Notes: a model not told the origin generated them from the sequence alone. DNA of 64,000 nt from Rhizodiscina lignyota (GCA_010015805.1 ML978131.1:1-64000), one strand, 5' to 3'. Counted from the first letter of the stretch, positions 49,882 to 62,174 are shown. Numbers and translations are program-made.

Positions 49882-50000
49882 GCCCAATGATGACCAGATT
49901 AAGACCAGCGAATTAGCTATTGGCGGGGTTTCGGGCTTGCTCAGATACCAGCCAGGCCATGCCGATAACACTATATACTACCAAGACTCTGTCTGAGGGC
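49882..50000 (+). ncRNA. box C/D-like snoRNA, copy 2 (intronic)
   Basis: Terminal stem GCCC/GGGC, C box at 49887-49893, D box at 49993-49996, 76 nt before the 3' splice site. Confidence 0.65.
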
Positions 50001-50187
50001 ACAAATTCCCGCAAATCACTCGTATATAATATGCCTCTTGAGTTCAGTTGGCTAACAATTTGGATACCGCAGGACACGCCCCGGTGACACGCGCCCAGGT
50101 AGTCTTTTTTTGGTCTCGGAGGTGATCTTGGTGGGCTTCTCTTCCACGTCGAATAGTACGTTACACCTCCAGTCCTTCGTACCCAAT

Positions 50188-50319
50188 CGCCATGATGACC
50201 CATAAATGTTTGATCCAAGTGAGAGAACAAAACTGGTAGAGGAGTGTAACCCGGAAGGAAACTTCCCGTGGTTTATCTCTGAAGCCAGACGATGATCAAA
50301 AATATTCCTGTCTGAACCA
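50188..50319 (+). ncRNA. box C/D-like snoRNA, copy 3 (more diverged)
   Basis: C box at 50192-50198, internal hairpin ggaag-GAAA-cttcc, C'-like CGATGA, D box at 50312-50315, 74 nt before the 3' splice site. Confidence 0.55.
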
Positions 50320-53300
50320 ATTTGTTGTCCACTTGTTGACACGTCCAAGGATTTGCTGATGCAAATGGCTAACTTTGTGGAGGCAATAGGATTCGCTCCG
50401 ATCCATCTTCCCGACTGCCCGGCCACACCGCGACCCTCGCTCTCGATTTCGGCACGTTATGCCTCGATGTCCGAATGTCAGGTGGTGGTAGTGACGACAA
50501 TTAGGCCGGGGAGTGTCTAATGCACCATTGGTCCGTGGATGTATGCAAAGAATTGTCCTTTAATTGGCCTTTTTCTTCTTCGTCGAAATGGTGGGCGGCG
50601 CCATGATAAGACCAAGAGACCAGAAGGATTTGGAGGCATGTTCCGTCGTCTGCCATATATTCAGGGCCTTGCTAATGCTTCTTCAGTGAAGCCTCGCTGA
50701 CTGCAGTCCGCAATCTGTTGGATATTTTTGCGGTTGGTCGTCGGGTATGTTGCATCTTTCTTTCTTCAACTGTCTGGCTGCTACGTGATGACTCCAATGT
50801 AACCGATACTACAGCTGAATGAACACAGCATTGGCACTTCAAAACTGTGACGAGATATCCCGAATCGCAAATCCCATTGCTGTCCATCGAGCGAGAGAAT
50901 CTGTGGCATGGAGTCGATCGCGACATTACCAGGACATCCAGGCTTATCCTGGTCCGGTCCGGTCTAGCGTGGCATGAGGCGGCGAAGAGCTACATATATG
51001 GACGGGCAGGAGCAACTGGTAATAACTAAGGTATGCTTTGCATTGCCAGCACATCTCGCTCGATTGCTAATGTATCAGTAGTAGCGAGGGACCGATCCCC
51101 AGTTCGCACCACGCCGCAGTAAGAATCGTCGACAGCAGTAAAGTCGCAACCCCGATCGACGTGCAAGAAAGCCAAGGATAGTCTGATGGTCTTGACGAGG
51201 CCGCAATGGACATCGGAACGAAGAGTGTGCATGGAGAGAAGTCCAGTTCTTCCGCTTGGGGAACATTGTACTGAGAGTCGGCTTCGAACAAAGCGGCTTC
51301 GGAGCTGCCGGAGAACATAGCCCTTGCATCAGAGCATGGCCTGTTTCCTTTCCCTTGCTTTCCCCTATGTATATACACTGTATATTACTCTGAGTATAGA
51401 CGAACGATCTCTCTTTTCGAGAATGAACACTGGTGTCCAGTCCAAGGCAGCCTTGACAGCGACGAGCGGCAGTGAGAACAGATCGACGCTATTGCGGGAT
51501 GTACATGTGTCGAGAAGAGCGTATCAAGTAGAGATAGCGAAAACTTGCGATCAGGATTTTACTCTTGAGAGGGTTGCTTCCAGTGCCAGGTTCGTGGTAG
51601 CTCCCAGACGCTTCGTTTCATCCTGCCCGCCGACCAGGCATCCAAAGTCGCGGCCTTGTTCTCCTCCTCTTTATTTCAGCCAGTTGAGCATCAAACTACC
51701 GTGCTGTGGGTATGGAAAGAAGGCCCATCGAATGTTTATCTGTTCCTTGTACTTTTCTACCCAGGCCGCATGGTAGCTCCCAACTTGCGTTTGTCATTCC
51801 GGGGCTGGCAGCACTGTTGTGGTTTGCTGTACCTCCCTCTGCTTTTGCATACATCAGCCTGCCGTGCGACCGAAGTGGTAACAGGTCACATTGACATTCG
51901 TGTTTGTTGCTGACAGTTCAAGTAGTCATGCGCCGACGTGCGCGACGAGGAGAGAGAAGTTCTGAGCGACGATGGCGGCAAAGGTGATAGGCGTGCAGTT
52001 ACTCTCCAGGTCCAGAGTTAGAAGCCATGTGCTCAGAAATGGAGAGCAGTTTCGATTCAGCGACAGCTTTCGACATTTAAGAATGCACCAGTGAGCTCAA
52101 GCCCTCAGTTCTCCAACTGAAAGCACTCCACAAAGTAGCGCCCTCTCCCATAAGCTTATACGTATTCGTCAGAATCGATCAGGATCCTGAAACTTGCAGA
52201 GCAAGTGGCCACTCCGCCGTGAGGAAGGTCAAACGCCCTTTCGGAGTAGCGCCAGCGCTGCGCAGCACTGGTGACTGATTGGCCTCTCGGTGTCATGCGT
52301 TGATTTGGGGCTTGGGTGTCGGTGAGAGGCAATGGAGATTACATTCCAATGCGTTCTGTCTCTGGCAAAGGCATCGTCGACCACCGCGGAGACTTCGTAT
52401 TGGATACCAATAGCCTTCGCAAGAAGATCGTCACCGCGATAGTATCGAGAGCCTTTGTACTGGCATCATCGAGCTGGACTGCGCGGAGCGTGGTATTCGT
52501 TCATCTACGCACAGTAGACATGTGCAAACCGCAGCGCCATCATCTTCGGCATGTTTCGGTGCATTCGAATAGGCATCGATATCATATGGTATCTGCTCTG
52601 TTGCCGTCAGGGTAGTTTGGTAAGCCGGGCAATCAACTCCATCAAGCAAGGCTTGCTCTATCGCGTTCAGGTTTCCGCCAGCGAACATGAGCGCCTCTTT
52701 CGACGCGTTCATAGCACTCGCAGTCTCCGCGAGTTATACAGCCTGATCTGTTGCTCGAAGAAGAGCAAAATGAGAATGGCCAGGAAGACGCACAGTCCAG
52801 CATTGCTAAGGATACCTAGCTGCGAGGTCGCTGAATCCGGATTCGGATGGACCGCAACATTCGTTGATCGAAGTGGTCCAAAGTTTTGGACACGAGTAGT
52901 CACAATGCGTACATCGGTATATGGAAGTTCCACCGTCTTGCATTTGATATTATCGTCAGTTAACGACAGGGGCCTGTTTAACGGCATCCATACCGAACCG
53001 AACTCGCCGGCGCAGGGACGTATGTTTGCGATTGGTTGTTGAGATGTCGAAATCGAAAGATTTGCATCTACATCTCGGTTACCATCGTCGCATCATCATC
53101 CTTTGCATTTTTCAAGATGATATACCCCCTTGTTCGTGTTCCAGCGAACCGAGGCCGCAAATTCGGTGTGGGTCCGTTGGTGGACCGACTTCAATGGCCG
53201 ACGTGCTCCTGCCGCAGCACTTTTGTCGGGCGACGAAGTGCCAGAGAGCACAGACGAGCCGTAAGTCCACTTCCTGGCGCTTTCTTCTTTATTCGTAGTG

Positions 53301-54363
53301 GGCTCGCAATGATGACTTTGGTTGATGATGCGAGTTGCTTGAGGTTCGGACTCGGGGTGGAGGAGAGCGGTTAAAGTGGTCAGATCGGAGGGCGGGACGT
53401 GTGAAACTGGGGACGACAGAAATTTAGAGCGAGCGTCGAAAGTCTTCAACATCGCTTTAAATATCACCCAATTCCTCCCTATCAGGTATGTAAAGGAGCT
53501 CGTAGTAGCTTTCGGTTCGGTGGGGTGATCTCGTCGGCGTGATGCGACGGTGCGTGGTGGTTGGCTGGCAGGTACATCGCGCTGAAGTGACTGCGAGAAA
53601 CATCGTGAAGTCGAAGAGCAGCGACCTGGCTTGAAGGAAGAAGCAGCGTAGTAGAGTAGGTAGAGGTAGAGGTAATGCAAGAGTTCTCACCCAACCCTCC
53701 GTTTCGGAGTGAGCTTTTCCACTATCTGTGACGCTTCTCGCAATCGCGTTTCCGCTCAATCAACAAGGCACAAAGACAATCACACATGGCAAAAGATATA
53801 ATATATCCTTTCTTATTACATGAAGAGATGCATCAGCAATTGTTTTATTTGTCGCTATGGAAGTTATCAGGCTCTCAATCTATCGTTATCGCGACTTAAT
53901 GCGCTCTCTCTGTCCAGTTCCACAATCCAACACCATCACAACAAGCCCATCAAATCTCAACAGGTCAGTTTCGCGGAACAACGAAGGCAAACAGTATGTA
54001 CGAGTGGATGTTAATGCTACTGGGACCACCGCAGTGGCAGAGGGGGCGCGACGCCCACCAGCATGAAGAGAACAAACTACGCACCTCTGCCTGAAGCTCA
54101 TATTAATTATCCCACAATAAAATTATGAATCCACTCGATGTTAATCTTCCATTGGTCGAAAGCGTCCGCCATGGGGGTAAGGCTTAAGCTCAACAACTTA
54201 GGTTAATGGAGAAAGAAAGATGGATAGAAGCAGGACTGGAGGTCGAATTTATACCCTGTGCCAAGCCTCTAGTCTAGAAGACTCTCCCTAATCCTTGAGA
54301 GGTCCTTAACTCGTTGAATATCCCGGAGATCGGAGCTGATCGGTAATAGATCCAGTATCGCCA

Positions 54364-55670
54364 TTATCCTACAACAAAGCTTTTCAAGCTGTCACGTATA
54401 TCCTCACCAAGATCAGCGAATCCATCTCGAAAGACTTTCTTGCCAGCAAGCTCAGTTGAAAATGAAAGCTGCTGTGACACTGTCCATCTTGGTCTCTCTA
54501 GGCATGCGAATAGCATTCCAGCGATGAAGGTGTCTCCTGCAAAAAAACGTCTGAGCTCGATCTGAGGAGCCACGATTAAGCTACCCACCTGCACCGATCG
54601 TACTACTCGCGACGTTAGCTCGGTAACGTAGGATGCTATTTACACGGGCTTGACTTACTCAACAACTACAGCTCCCCTAACTTTGTAGGCCGCCCGATAC
54701 GCGTAAGCTTTGCTCGCCGTGTGGAACGCGCTGACGCCACCTGCTCCCCAAGTGCAAATCAACAAGGCGCTGCACCAGTCAGCAGCTGATCGGCATTGAC
54801 TACGCATAGACGAGCCAAAAGAACCTACTTTTGACGTACAAGACTAGATTGTGACCTCACACACTCCTCGGCGCTCACGTAGCCAGCGTGCTAGACCACT
54901 GTCAGTCCTACGGCGGCGTGAAACCAAAAACATCTCAAGATCTGCCCTCACCGTTGCCCACAGCCTCGAATAGAACACTACATCTGCCTCTGCCGCCAGT
55001 TCCTGCAAGCCTTCGCGGCCCGCTTTCTCGACCTCGACGCTGATTCGAACTTGGGGATAACGTTGCCGGATATACCTGATGCACGCAAGAGTCACATCTG
55101 GAATACGGCCCTGAGGGCGGCTTTAGTAAGGCGTCCCTGGAGGCTTCGTCGTTTCCCTGAGAATAATTTCTCACCTCAAAATGGTACCAGCATGCCTCAT
55201 TCGCCAGGGCGTCCGCTCTGACGCAGAATTCTGCAACGGTCATCTCCGGCAGCTCGTTGTAGTTGACAATGGTGCGAGAAGAGCTCTGCTCAGACCTGAT
55301 GATGTAACTCGACGCTGGTTCGGTGCTGTCCTCCCGATAGATACAGTTCGTGCAATCTACGTCCGGCTCCAACGACATTCTGATATGATGGCTGTCATGA
55401 GATTGCGCCGCTGGAAGGACTGAGCAAAGGCTCAACTTCAAGTCTGAGTGCGTGGATACTGCGAGCAGTTGCTGAAGGACTTCAAGGGTATTTGGGCCAT
55501 TTCCTCCCCGTCGCCGAACGAGGGACTTTGCTCTCTGCTTCCCGTCTTCTTGTGGGAAGTGAGGTACTCTACGGTAAGTTTCAGCCTTCATTTGAAGCAT
55601 TGTATGGGTATTCCACATACGTTAAGATCGTGTCTAAATAGCAAGCTCCGACTACGACTAATCTCCTCAT
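54364..55670 (-). CDS. PfkB/ribokinase-family kinase (ketohexokinase-like)
   Basis: Multi-exon: MRRLVVVGACYLDTILT|VPHFPQED, RRGGNGPNTLEVL, SRTIVNYN, WYHFE|GRIP, ISVEVEK, TWGAGG and the intron-split GA|GDTFIAG. Confidence 0.9.
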
Positions 55671-56620
55671 CTTGGGTGAGTCGTCAATGGGATGATTGTG
55701 GTAGCGAAGTCGGGATGTCGACCATCTGGATGACTAACCCCAACTAGAGTACTCTATATGTAGGACCAATGCCCGAATAATTAGCCAGAACGCTTAGTTC
55801 AAAGACAATTGAATTGCTTTTTTCTCTCATTATCGTCATTGTCTTTAGTGAATGAATTTAAGCGACAAAAGTGCTACACATGTCTTACTACTCCATGGAA
55901 CTGGTCGTGTCTTTAAAAGCAAAGTGCTGCAATGGTCGTGGGATGGCAGGGGCGAAGCATGCACAAATCCACCTAGGAGGCTCACCGCATCCTTTAAAAC
56001 TTTATTCGATAAAGTGAGCTCCTCAAGACATATTGCTTTTTGGTTTTGTTCCGAGCTGGCCCATTAATGATACAGTACCAACGAACGAGTTATCGTAGTC
56101 CCACAAACATGCGAGAATTTCGAAACCTTGCCGGCCAGCTCTTCCCCGCGAGAGTAGCTCAACCGAGCCAACCCATCCTCACCATTCCCGAATAACGTTG
56201 CGAGAGATTGATGTTCTAGCTTGGGTGTGCTTTAGCACGTTTGACAAACTTCTCGTAAGCCCACCCGCGCATAATTGCACGAAAATGAGCCTATCCAGAG
56301 TATGTCCGTGAAGATCGCAGACAGGAGTCTAGCCCCCATTTTGCACCCACGAGCAAACAATAGGCAGGTCTGCTCCTTCGCAGTCTCTCAATTGGTCCGG
56401 AGTTGGAATCGGAGAAAGGGGAGCCTGTCCGTTTCGTATTCTCAAAGACTCAATGTTACAAGTAGCATGGCAACCCCGGGCTTCCAAGCTTGAGAGCAGG
56501 AATGTCTGAGGTCCCGTATGGTGAGCTCCTCACACCTTCGTGCTGCAAGAAGTCTGTACTTCACTATATCTCACTGCATAGTTCATTGAATCATATCTAT
56601 TCTTGTCGCAAATATAAACT

Positions 56621-57820
56621 ATGTCTCCTTCATTCCACACTGAGCAAATTGGCTCTCTCCTTCGCCCTGAGGGTCTTTTATCCGCCCGCGCGGCTTCAAA
56701 TTTATTTTACTATGCCCCCACCGCACCAGAAGACATCAAACGCGAAACGGAAGCCGCGATCGCTCGAGTAGTTCGGAAACAACAAGATTTGGGAATCCGC
56801 CCAATCACAGACGGCGAATATGGACGATTCGTCTTCAGCGATGGATTCTTCGAACGTCTTGAGGGCTTCAAGGCTTATCAACACCTTCCGGTGCCTGATG
56901 CATTCCGCACGAATTACCCCCCATCAGCAATGCTAATGAAACTTGGCGTTAAGACACGGCCGGCAGCCGTTGCGGAGGGAAAGATCCGGCATAAGGAAAG
57001 CTCTTACCTCGAGCAATGGAAAGCTCTTCGTGCTTTGCTGCCAGAGTCGGAGTGGAAGCTGTGCAAAGTAACCATGCCCGCACTTTCGCATCAACACATC
57101 GGCTTGAGACCAGGTCGAGCCTACTCAACGAGCGCGTACAACTCAGATGAGGAGTATTTCGGAGACTTGGCTGCTGCTTATCGGCAGGAAATTCGAATGC
57201 TTTACGAAGCCGGCGTGCGAAACATCCAGGTCGACGATCCGCAGCTGACTTTCTTGTTAATGGAGAGCTTTAGAAATGGCATAGCGATTGACGGAGGAGA
57301 TGCCAATGACTTGCTGGAAACCTACAAGTGGGCTTCTAATGAAGCTCTTAAAGATAAGCCTGAAGATCTTCATGTCGGTATACACCTCTGTAGAGGCAAT
57401 TTCCCCGGGTCGGTCCACGTTGCTGAAGGTTCCTATGAGTGGCTTGCTCAACGGCTATTCTCCACTACAAAGTATGATACTTTCTACTTGGAATATGATA
57501 CTCCGCGGGCTGGTAGCTTTTCGCCACTCCGATACCTACCAATAGGCAAAAATGTCGTCCTTGGGTTGGTGTCTACCAAGAGCCCAACTTTAGAGGACCT
57601 GGATCTACTGGAGAAACGAGTGTATGAGGCCGCCGACATCATTGCGGAAGGACAAGGAAGGACACGGCAAGAAGTGATCGAGAATTCCTTGGCTGTGAGC
57701 CCGCAATGTGGATTCAGCAGTATAAGCGTCGGTGGAGGCGCCGGTGTGACCGAGGAGGTGATGTGGGAGAAGCTGCTTTTGGTGAAGAGACTGGCGGAGA
57801 GGATATGGGGAGTGTCGTAG
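56621..57820 (+). CDS. cobalamin-independent methionine synthase catalytic-domain-like (UROD/MetE-like) protein
   Basis: Intronless, 399 aa. EQIGSLLRP, ITDGEY, IQVDDP, Zn-ligand motifs HLCRGN, LEYD and SPQCGF. Confidence 0.9.
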   Translation: MSPSFHTEQIGSLLRPEGLLSARAASNLFYYAPTAPEDIKRETEAAIARVVRKQQDLGIRPITDGEYGRFVFSDGFFERLEGFKAYQHLPVPDAFRTNYPPSAMLMKLGVKTRPAAVAEGKIRHKESSYLEQWKALRALLPESEWKLCKVTMPALSHQHIGLRPGRAYSTSAYNSDEEYFGDLAAAYRQEIRMLYEAGVRNIQVDDPQLTFLLMESFRNGIAIDGGDANDLLETYKWASNEALKDKPEDLHVGIHLCRGNFPGSVHVAEGSYEWLAQRLFSTTKYDTFYLEYDTPRAGSFSPLRYLPIGKNVVLGLVSTKSPTLEDLDLLEKRVYEAADIIAEGQGRTRQEVIENSLAVSPQCGFSSISVGGGAGVTEEVMWEKLLLVKRLAERIWGVS

Positions 57821-58431
57821 TAACATTCAAATCAACTACATTCGCTGGTGAAAAGTTTCTTGGACGTGCCCTGTATCAAGGCCGTTGACACATATTCGGT
57901 TAGACCGTGACAAAATAGTTAAGGCCCAACAGCTGTGGGGCCGCCCAAGAGGAGTTAGAGTAGTAGGTAGTACTCTTGCACTTCAGAACAAGTGAGCCAG
58001 TAACTAAAATCCTCTATTAGCATTCTTAATTTTGCTCTCAACAAGATTGCATAGCTTTTGATCTGGCAAAGTAGATCTGCCAAAATCTATGTTATTTTGA
58101 CAGTCAACCTTGAAGCGCTGCCGCGACTTTTTGGTGGCAATCTTTGCCCTTTCAAATTATCGTGCTACCTCGGCGCCTTAGCAGCGCATCGAAATCGTCG
58201 TACAAGCTCCAAACATCGTCTCTCTCCCATCGACGAACATGCGCACAATCCCCGATTGCCAGCCCTCGAAAAGATGCACACCATTGTGCTCGGGTTCCCT
58301 AAGGCTTCTACATCCCTTCCTTCCGTTGAACCTGAGTCTCGAGTCTCGAGCACAAATCCATGTCAGGGGCAAAAGCTAGTCGTCCAAGCAAGGGAAGAGA
58401 GTACCTACGATTAGGCTGACAAAACAGCATC

Positions 58432-60219
58432 ATGCGCCTCATCGATACGAGGACGCTCGAGCTCAAAGAATTCCTCAACATCGACCTACCAAAATATGCA
58501 ATTCTCTCTCACACTTGGGAGGAAGAAGAGATCACTTTCGAACAGTTCCAAGGCTTGCATGATGAGCTCAAGCATCTCCAGGGGTTCAAGAAGATCCAGA
58601 ATGCTTGCGAAGTAGCACGCTTGGAAAAACTAGGCTATGCCTGGTGCGATACCTGCTGTATCGACAAGCGGAGTTCATCTGAATTGAGCGAAGCTATTAA
58701 TAGCATGTTTAAATGGTATCGAGACTCAGAGATATGCATCGCATACCTAGCTGACGTTCCCAACCTCAACGGGGTCACGGAGGATCCTTGGCTTGGTGAG
58801 GAGGACGAGCCACACTTTGCCAACGCGGAGATAGAGCTTCTACTGGCTTCCGAATTCGCGAAAAGTCGCTGGCATACTCGCGGCTGGACTCTTCAAGAAC
58901 TCATCGCTCCCAGACGCGTTCGATTTTACTCAAAAGATTGGGAGTACCTTGCCAATAAAGAGGAGGACATCAGCCATGCCCTGTCCTACATCACTGGAGT
59001 CCCGGTTCCAATCCTGAGAAATGCGGCACAGCTAATGAGTCCTATTCGTGGGCCTTGTGCAGCTAACAAAATGTCCTGGGCTGCGAATCGCGCAACATCA
59101 CGAGTCGAGGATACGGCTTATTGCTTGCTCGGGCTGTTTGGAGTAAATATGCCTCTTCTCTACGGGGAAGGTTCAAGAGCTTTTACTAGGCTCCAAGAAG
59201 AGATCATACGCATCTCTGACGATCACTCCATCTTTGTCTTCGAAGCTTCTGATGAGCGACCAGTGCTCGCTCCGTCTCCTGCGGCCTTTACTCACGGCGC
59301 TCGTATAGTGCGGCTGATCGGCGCCCAATATGCGTCTCCTGAACCGTATGCAATGACCAACAAAGGACTTCGAATCCGGTTACCGTTAATCGCAGTCCAC
59401 CAAAACAACTTCGTTCACTACACCGGTGTCCTCGCGTGCCGGTATCGGGATGATCTGAGAGGTCCGATCGGAATATCTCTCGTCAAAGTGCACCATGGCA
59501 ATGAGGAATCATATTATCCGATGTTTCCTTTCAATCAAATGTCCGTGGTTGAAGTCAACCAATCATGCTGGCCAGTGCCATGCGAGATCTATATACGAGA
59601 TGGCTCCCTCCCGTCGAACTGGGATGGCCTCTCCGACATACACTTGTGCTTTCTTCGGCTGTGCGAGGAGCTCAAAGTCTTGAATCTGTATCCAGCGCAA
59701 GCTTGGAACGAGGAGGGCAGAACCCTGAATATATGGAAGTCGTGGAACATACACATGCATCGATGGGTAGCTGCAGTGGAATTGGAGCATGCCTCCGAGG
59801 CTCACGACAGGCCTCCAGGGAGATCATTCGTACTTCTATTCGGAGCAAACCGCAATGCCAGACGTGATCGCTCGCAGGTGTGGATCAGCATTGTATCCAG
59901 CAACATTGCCGCGCATGTACTGCAGAACTTGAACCCAGTTGATGCGATTAAGCTTGGACGAACCGCTCCACGCAAGGAAATGGCCACTTACTCTCTTGGC
60001 GCGGTTACCGTCCGGGCTTCAATTACCAGGAAGAGAATTCTCGGAGAGGCTGTTTACGTTGTTGGTGTCGACCTCCTGGATCTTTCATCTTCAACTCCTA
60101 ACGGATTCGATCATGCCAATTCGGACATGCACCATGCCAGCGAACATGATATTATTAATATACTCATGTACAAGGAGGATATGGAAGACGAACAAGAATT
60201 GGACCTTCAGGTACGATGA
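58432..60219 (+). CDS. HET-domain protein (HET-E N-terminus-like) with a non-NLR C-terminal extension
   Basis: MRLIDTRTL, YAILSHTW, WCDTCCIDKRSSSELSEAINSMFKWY, WHTRGWTLQELIAP, EDTAYCLLGLFGVNMPLLYGEG and RLQEEII. No Walker A motif downstream. Confidence 0.93.
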   Translation: MRLIDTRTLELKEFLNIDLPKYAILSHTWEEEEITFEQFQGLHDELKHLQGFKKIQNACEVARLEKLGYAWCDTCCIDKRSSSELSEAINSMFKWYRDSEICIAYLADVPNLNGVTEDPWLGEEDEPHFANAEIELLLASEFAKSRWHTRGWTLQELIAPRRVRFYSKDWEYLANKEEDISHALSYITGVPVPILRNAAQLMSPIRGPCAANKMSWAANRATSRVEDTAYCLLGLFGVNMPLLYGEGSRAFTRLQEEIIRISDDHSIFVFEASDERPVLAPSPAAFTHGARIVRLIGAQYASPEPYAMTNKGLRIRLPLIAVHQNNFVHYTGVLACRYRDDLRGPIGISLVKVHHGNEESYYPMFPFNQMSVVEVNQSCWPVPCEIYIRDGSLPSNWDGLSDIHLCFLRLCEELKVLNLYPAQAWNEEGRTLNIWKSWNIHMHRWVAAVELEHASEAHDRPPGRSFVLLFGANRNARRDRSQVWISIVSSNIAAHVLQNLNPVDAIKLGRTAPRKEMATYSLGAVTVRASITRKRILGEAVYVVGVDLLDLSSSTPNGFDHANSDMHHASEHDIINILMYKEDMEDEQELDLQVR

Positions 60220-61324
60220 AAATCACTGTCCCTTATATTCCTATTACGCTATTCCACACCTGCTCACTGCTGCTAAAGAGTTTCGAAAATTCCTCTCAGC
60301 CTTCAGTCGATGGCGTCGCTCTATGGGCCACCCCGAATGGGCTTCCTCCACTAGGATTCTTTGCGAGCTTAGACACGACGCCCATGAATCAGTTACTTGA
60401 TCGGATTGCGAAGGAATACTGATCTATGTACTGTTCTCAGACGCTCTGGTTGTATGGCTCACTCGGAGACGTCGGATATGAGCTTCGGGATACCGCATTT
60501 GCATGAGTCTTACCTGTCTGGCATTGAGGCTCTTGGAAAACCAGAAAGCAAATGTTCAATTTTCCATCCGCCTCCCACTGATGCTTTGAAGCCGAGCGGG
60601 AACTAATTATATGAGAATGCCATCGGCCTTTCTTTGATAGGCGCTAAAACCTTCTCCCACGGTGCAGGAGAGATGAACTTGGATGCCATAGTGAATGTGT
60701 GAGGTTCATGTCTCCAATGGAGAGGAAGTAATCCATCTCGCTTGCCGACCAGTGTTCAGTAAACGTCTATTGCAGACATTCTATCGGTTCGTTCTTCGTC
60801 ATACATTCAGCCCGTGCCTGCAAATTACGGCCGCGTGTATGTTTGCCTAACAGTTTCCTAGTTGCGGCCTCGTTAATCTCCCGAATGCTCCTCTCCGATG
60901 CTTCTCCGTTATGCGCTGACGGTTACGCGAGATTGCCGAAGCCATACGGAGCAGCAATTGTCAAAGAGCAATGATGATGGAGTCTTCTTACAAATCTGAT
61001 CTCCTGAAGCTTCCTTCTTCACTCGCACGAGTATGTTGCGTTCAGACATCTTTGCTCCGATGTGTGTACATAATAGCCTGGGGTCGATATGCTAACTCCG
61101 TGCTTGATTAAAAAGCCCCGCCCCGCCGCCAAGGGCTCGAAATGGATATTTCCTAATCGAGCATGTACGTGAGAATGATCACGTGCTGACGTAGCATATA
61201 AACTGCACGAGGTCGAAAGAATGTACCTGTTCTCAACAAGCAAATTGGACCTCGTTTCATTCCAGAACCTACAGACTCTCCTTCTACATTTATTTCACCG
61301 CGATCCTCCAATTGACCTGACGAA

Positions 61325-62174
61325 ATGTCTCCCAAGGTGCTCTTTGTCCTCACGTCGCATGACAAGATCGACGCGATTGACAAACCTACTGGATGGTAGG
61401 TCCATAAATGCTCCAAGCACGGGCAGCTTCAGGTCTTTTGATAAGTAGTGTCTAACTCGTCCGAAGGTATCTTCCAGAATTTGCTCACCCCTATGGAAAG
61501 CTTGCACCACATGCCGAAATCGTGGTGGCATCTCCTGCCGGAGGAGCTGCACCCTTAGATCCCGGCTCTGTAGACTATGCAAAGAACGACGAGGAATCGC
61601 AAAAGTTTCTGCAAGAGAAGCGCAGCTTGTGGGAGAAGACCGAAAAATTGGAATCATTCAAGGGCAGAGCTGCAGAGTTCGACGCGATTTTCTTCGTTGG
61701 AGGTCATGGTCGTAAGTTTTAATAATCATACATAACTCCGTCTCGCACGAGTTTGACGGGCCAGATTGCTGATAACTTCGCGCAGCCATGTATGACCTTG
61801 CCGTGTCGCCCGTGTCCCAGGACATCATTCGCGAGTTCTACGAATCCTCCAAGGTCGTTGCGGCAGTTTGCCATGGTCCGGCCGCACTATTGAACGTTAA
61901 GCTATCCAACGGAACTTTATTGATTGCAGGCCAGAAGGTTACTGCTTTCAGTAACGCGGAAGAAGAAGCTGTTGGACTGTTGAGCGCTATGCCATTCCCT
62001 CTAGAAACAGCGCTCAAGAAGAATATGGGAGGCGACAACTTGTTCGAGGTTGCCGCAGAACAGTGGGCCCCGAAGGTAGTTGTGAGCGGGAAGAATGGCA
62101 AGCTCATTACAGGCCAGAACCCTGCGAGCGCGGGACCAATTGGAGAAGCGGTATTGGAGGCCATATCTGCATAG
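61325..62174 (+). CDS. DJ-1/PfpI family Hsp31-like glutathione-independent glyoxalase
   Basis: Spliced MSPKVLFVLTSHD..TGW|YLPEFAHP, ASPAGG, FFVGGHG|PMYDL, AVCHGP and ITGQNPASA. Confidence 0.92.

Larger units (their letters stand above)
48310..50690 (+). ncRNA. putative non-coding multi-intron snoRNA host gene
   Basis: Serial donors GTATGT 48387, GTAAGT 48801, GTGAGT 49162, GTAATG 49811 and GTAGTC 50099. Branch/acceptor pairs (GCTAAC or ACTGAC) end at 49114, 49473, 49788, 50072 and 50389. Exons are tiny and there is no credible ORF. Confidence 0.65.

Noticed and set aside
47100..51500. Telomerase RNA, RNase P/MRP, U3 or TPP riboswitch in the long non-coding stretch
   Set aside because: No TAACCCTAA template or the respective conserved boxes were found by eye.
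56621..57820. Recent bacterial HGT of the intronless MetE-like gene (and of the BVMO)
   Set aside because: Both families are common in fungi and composition matches the neighbours; lacking introns is not enough evidence.
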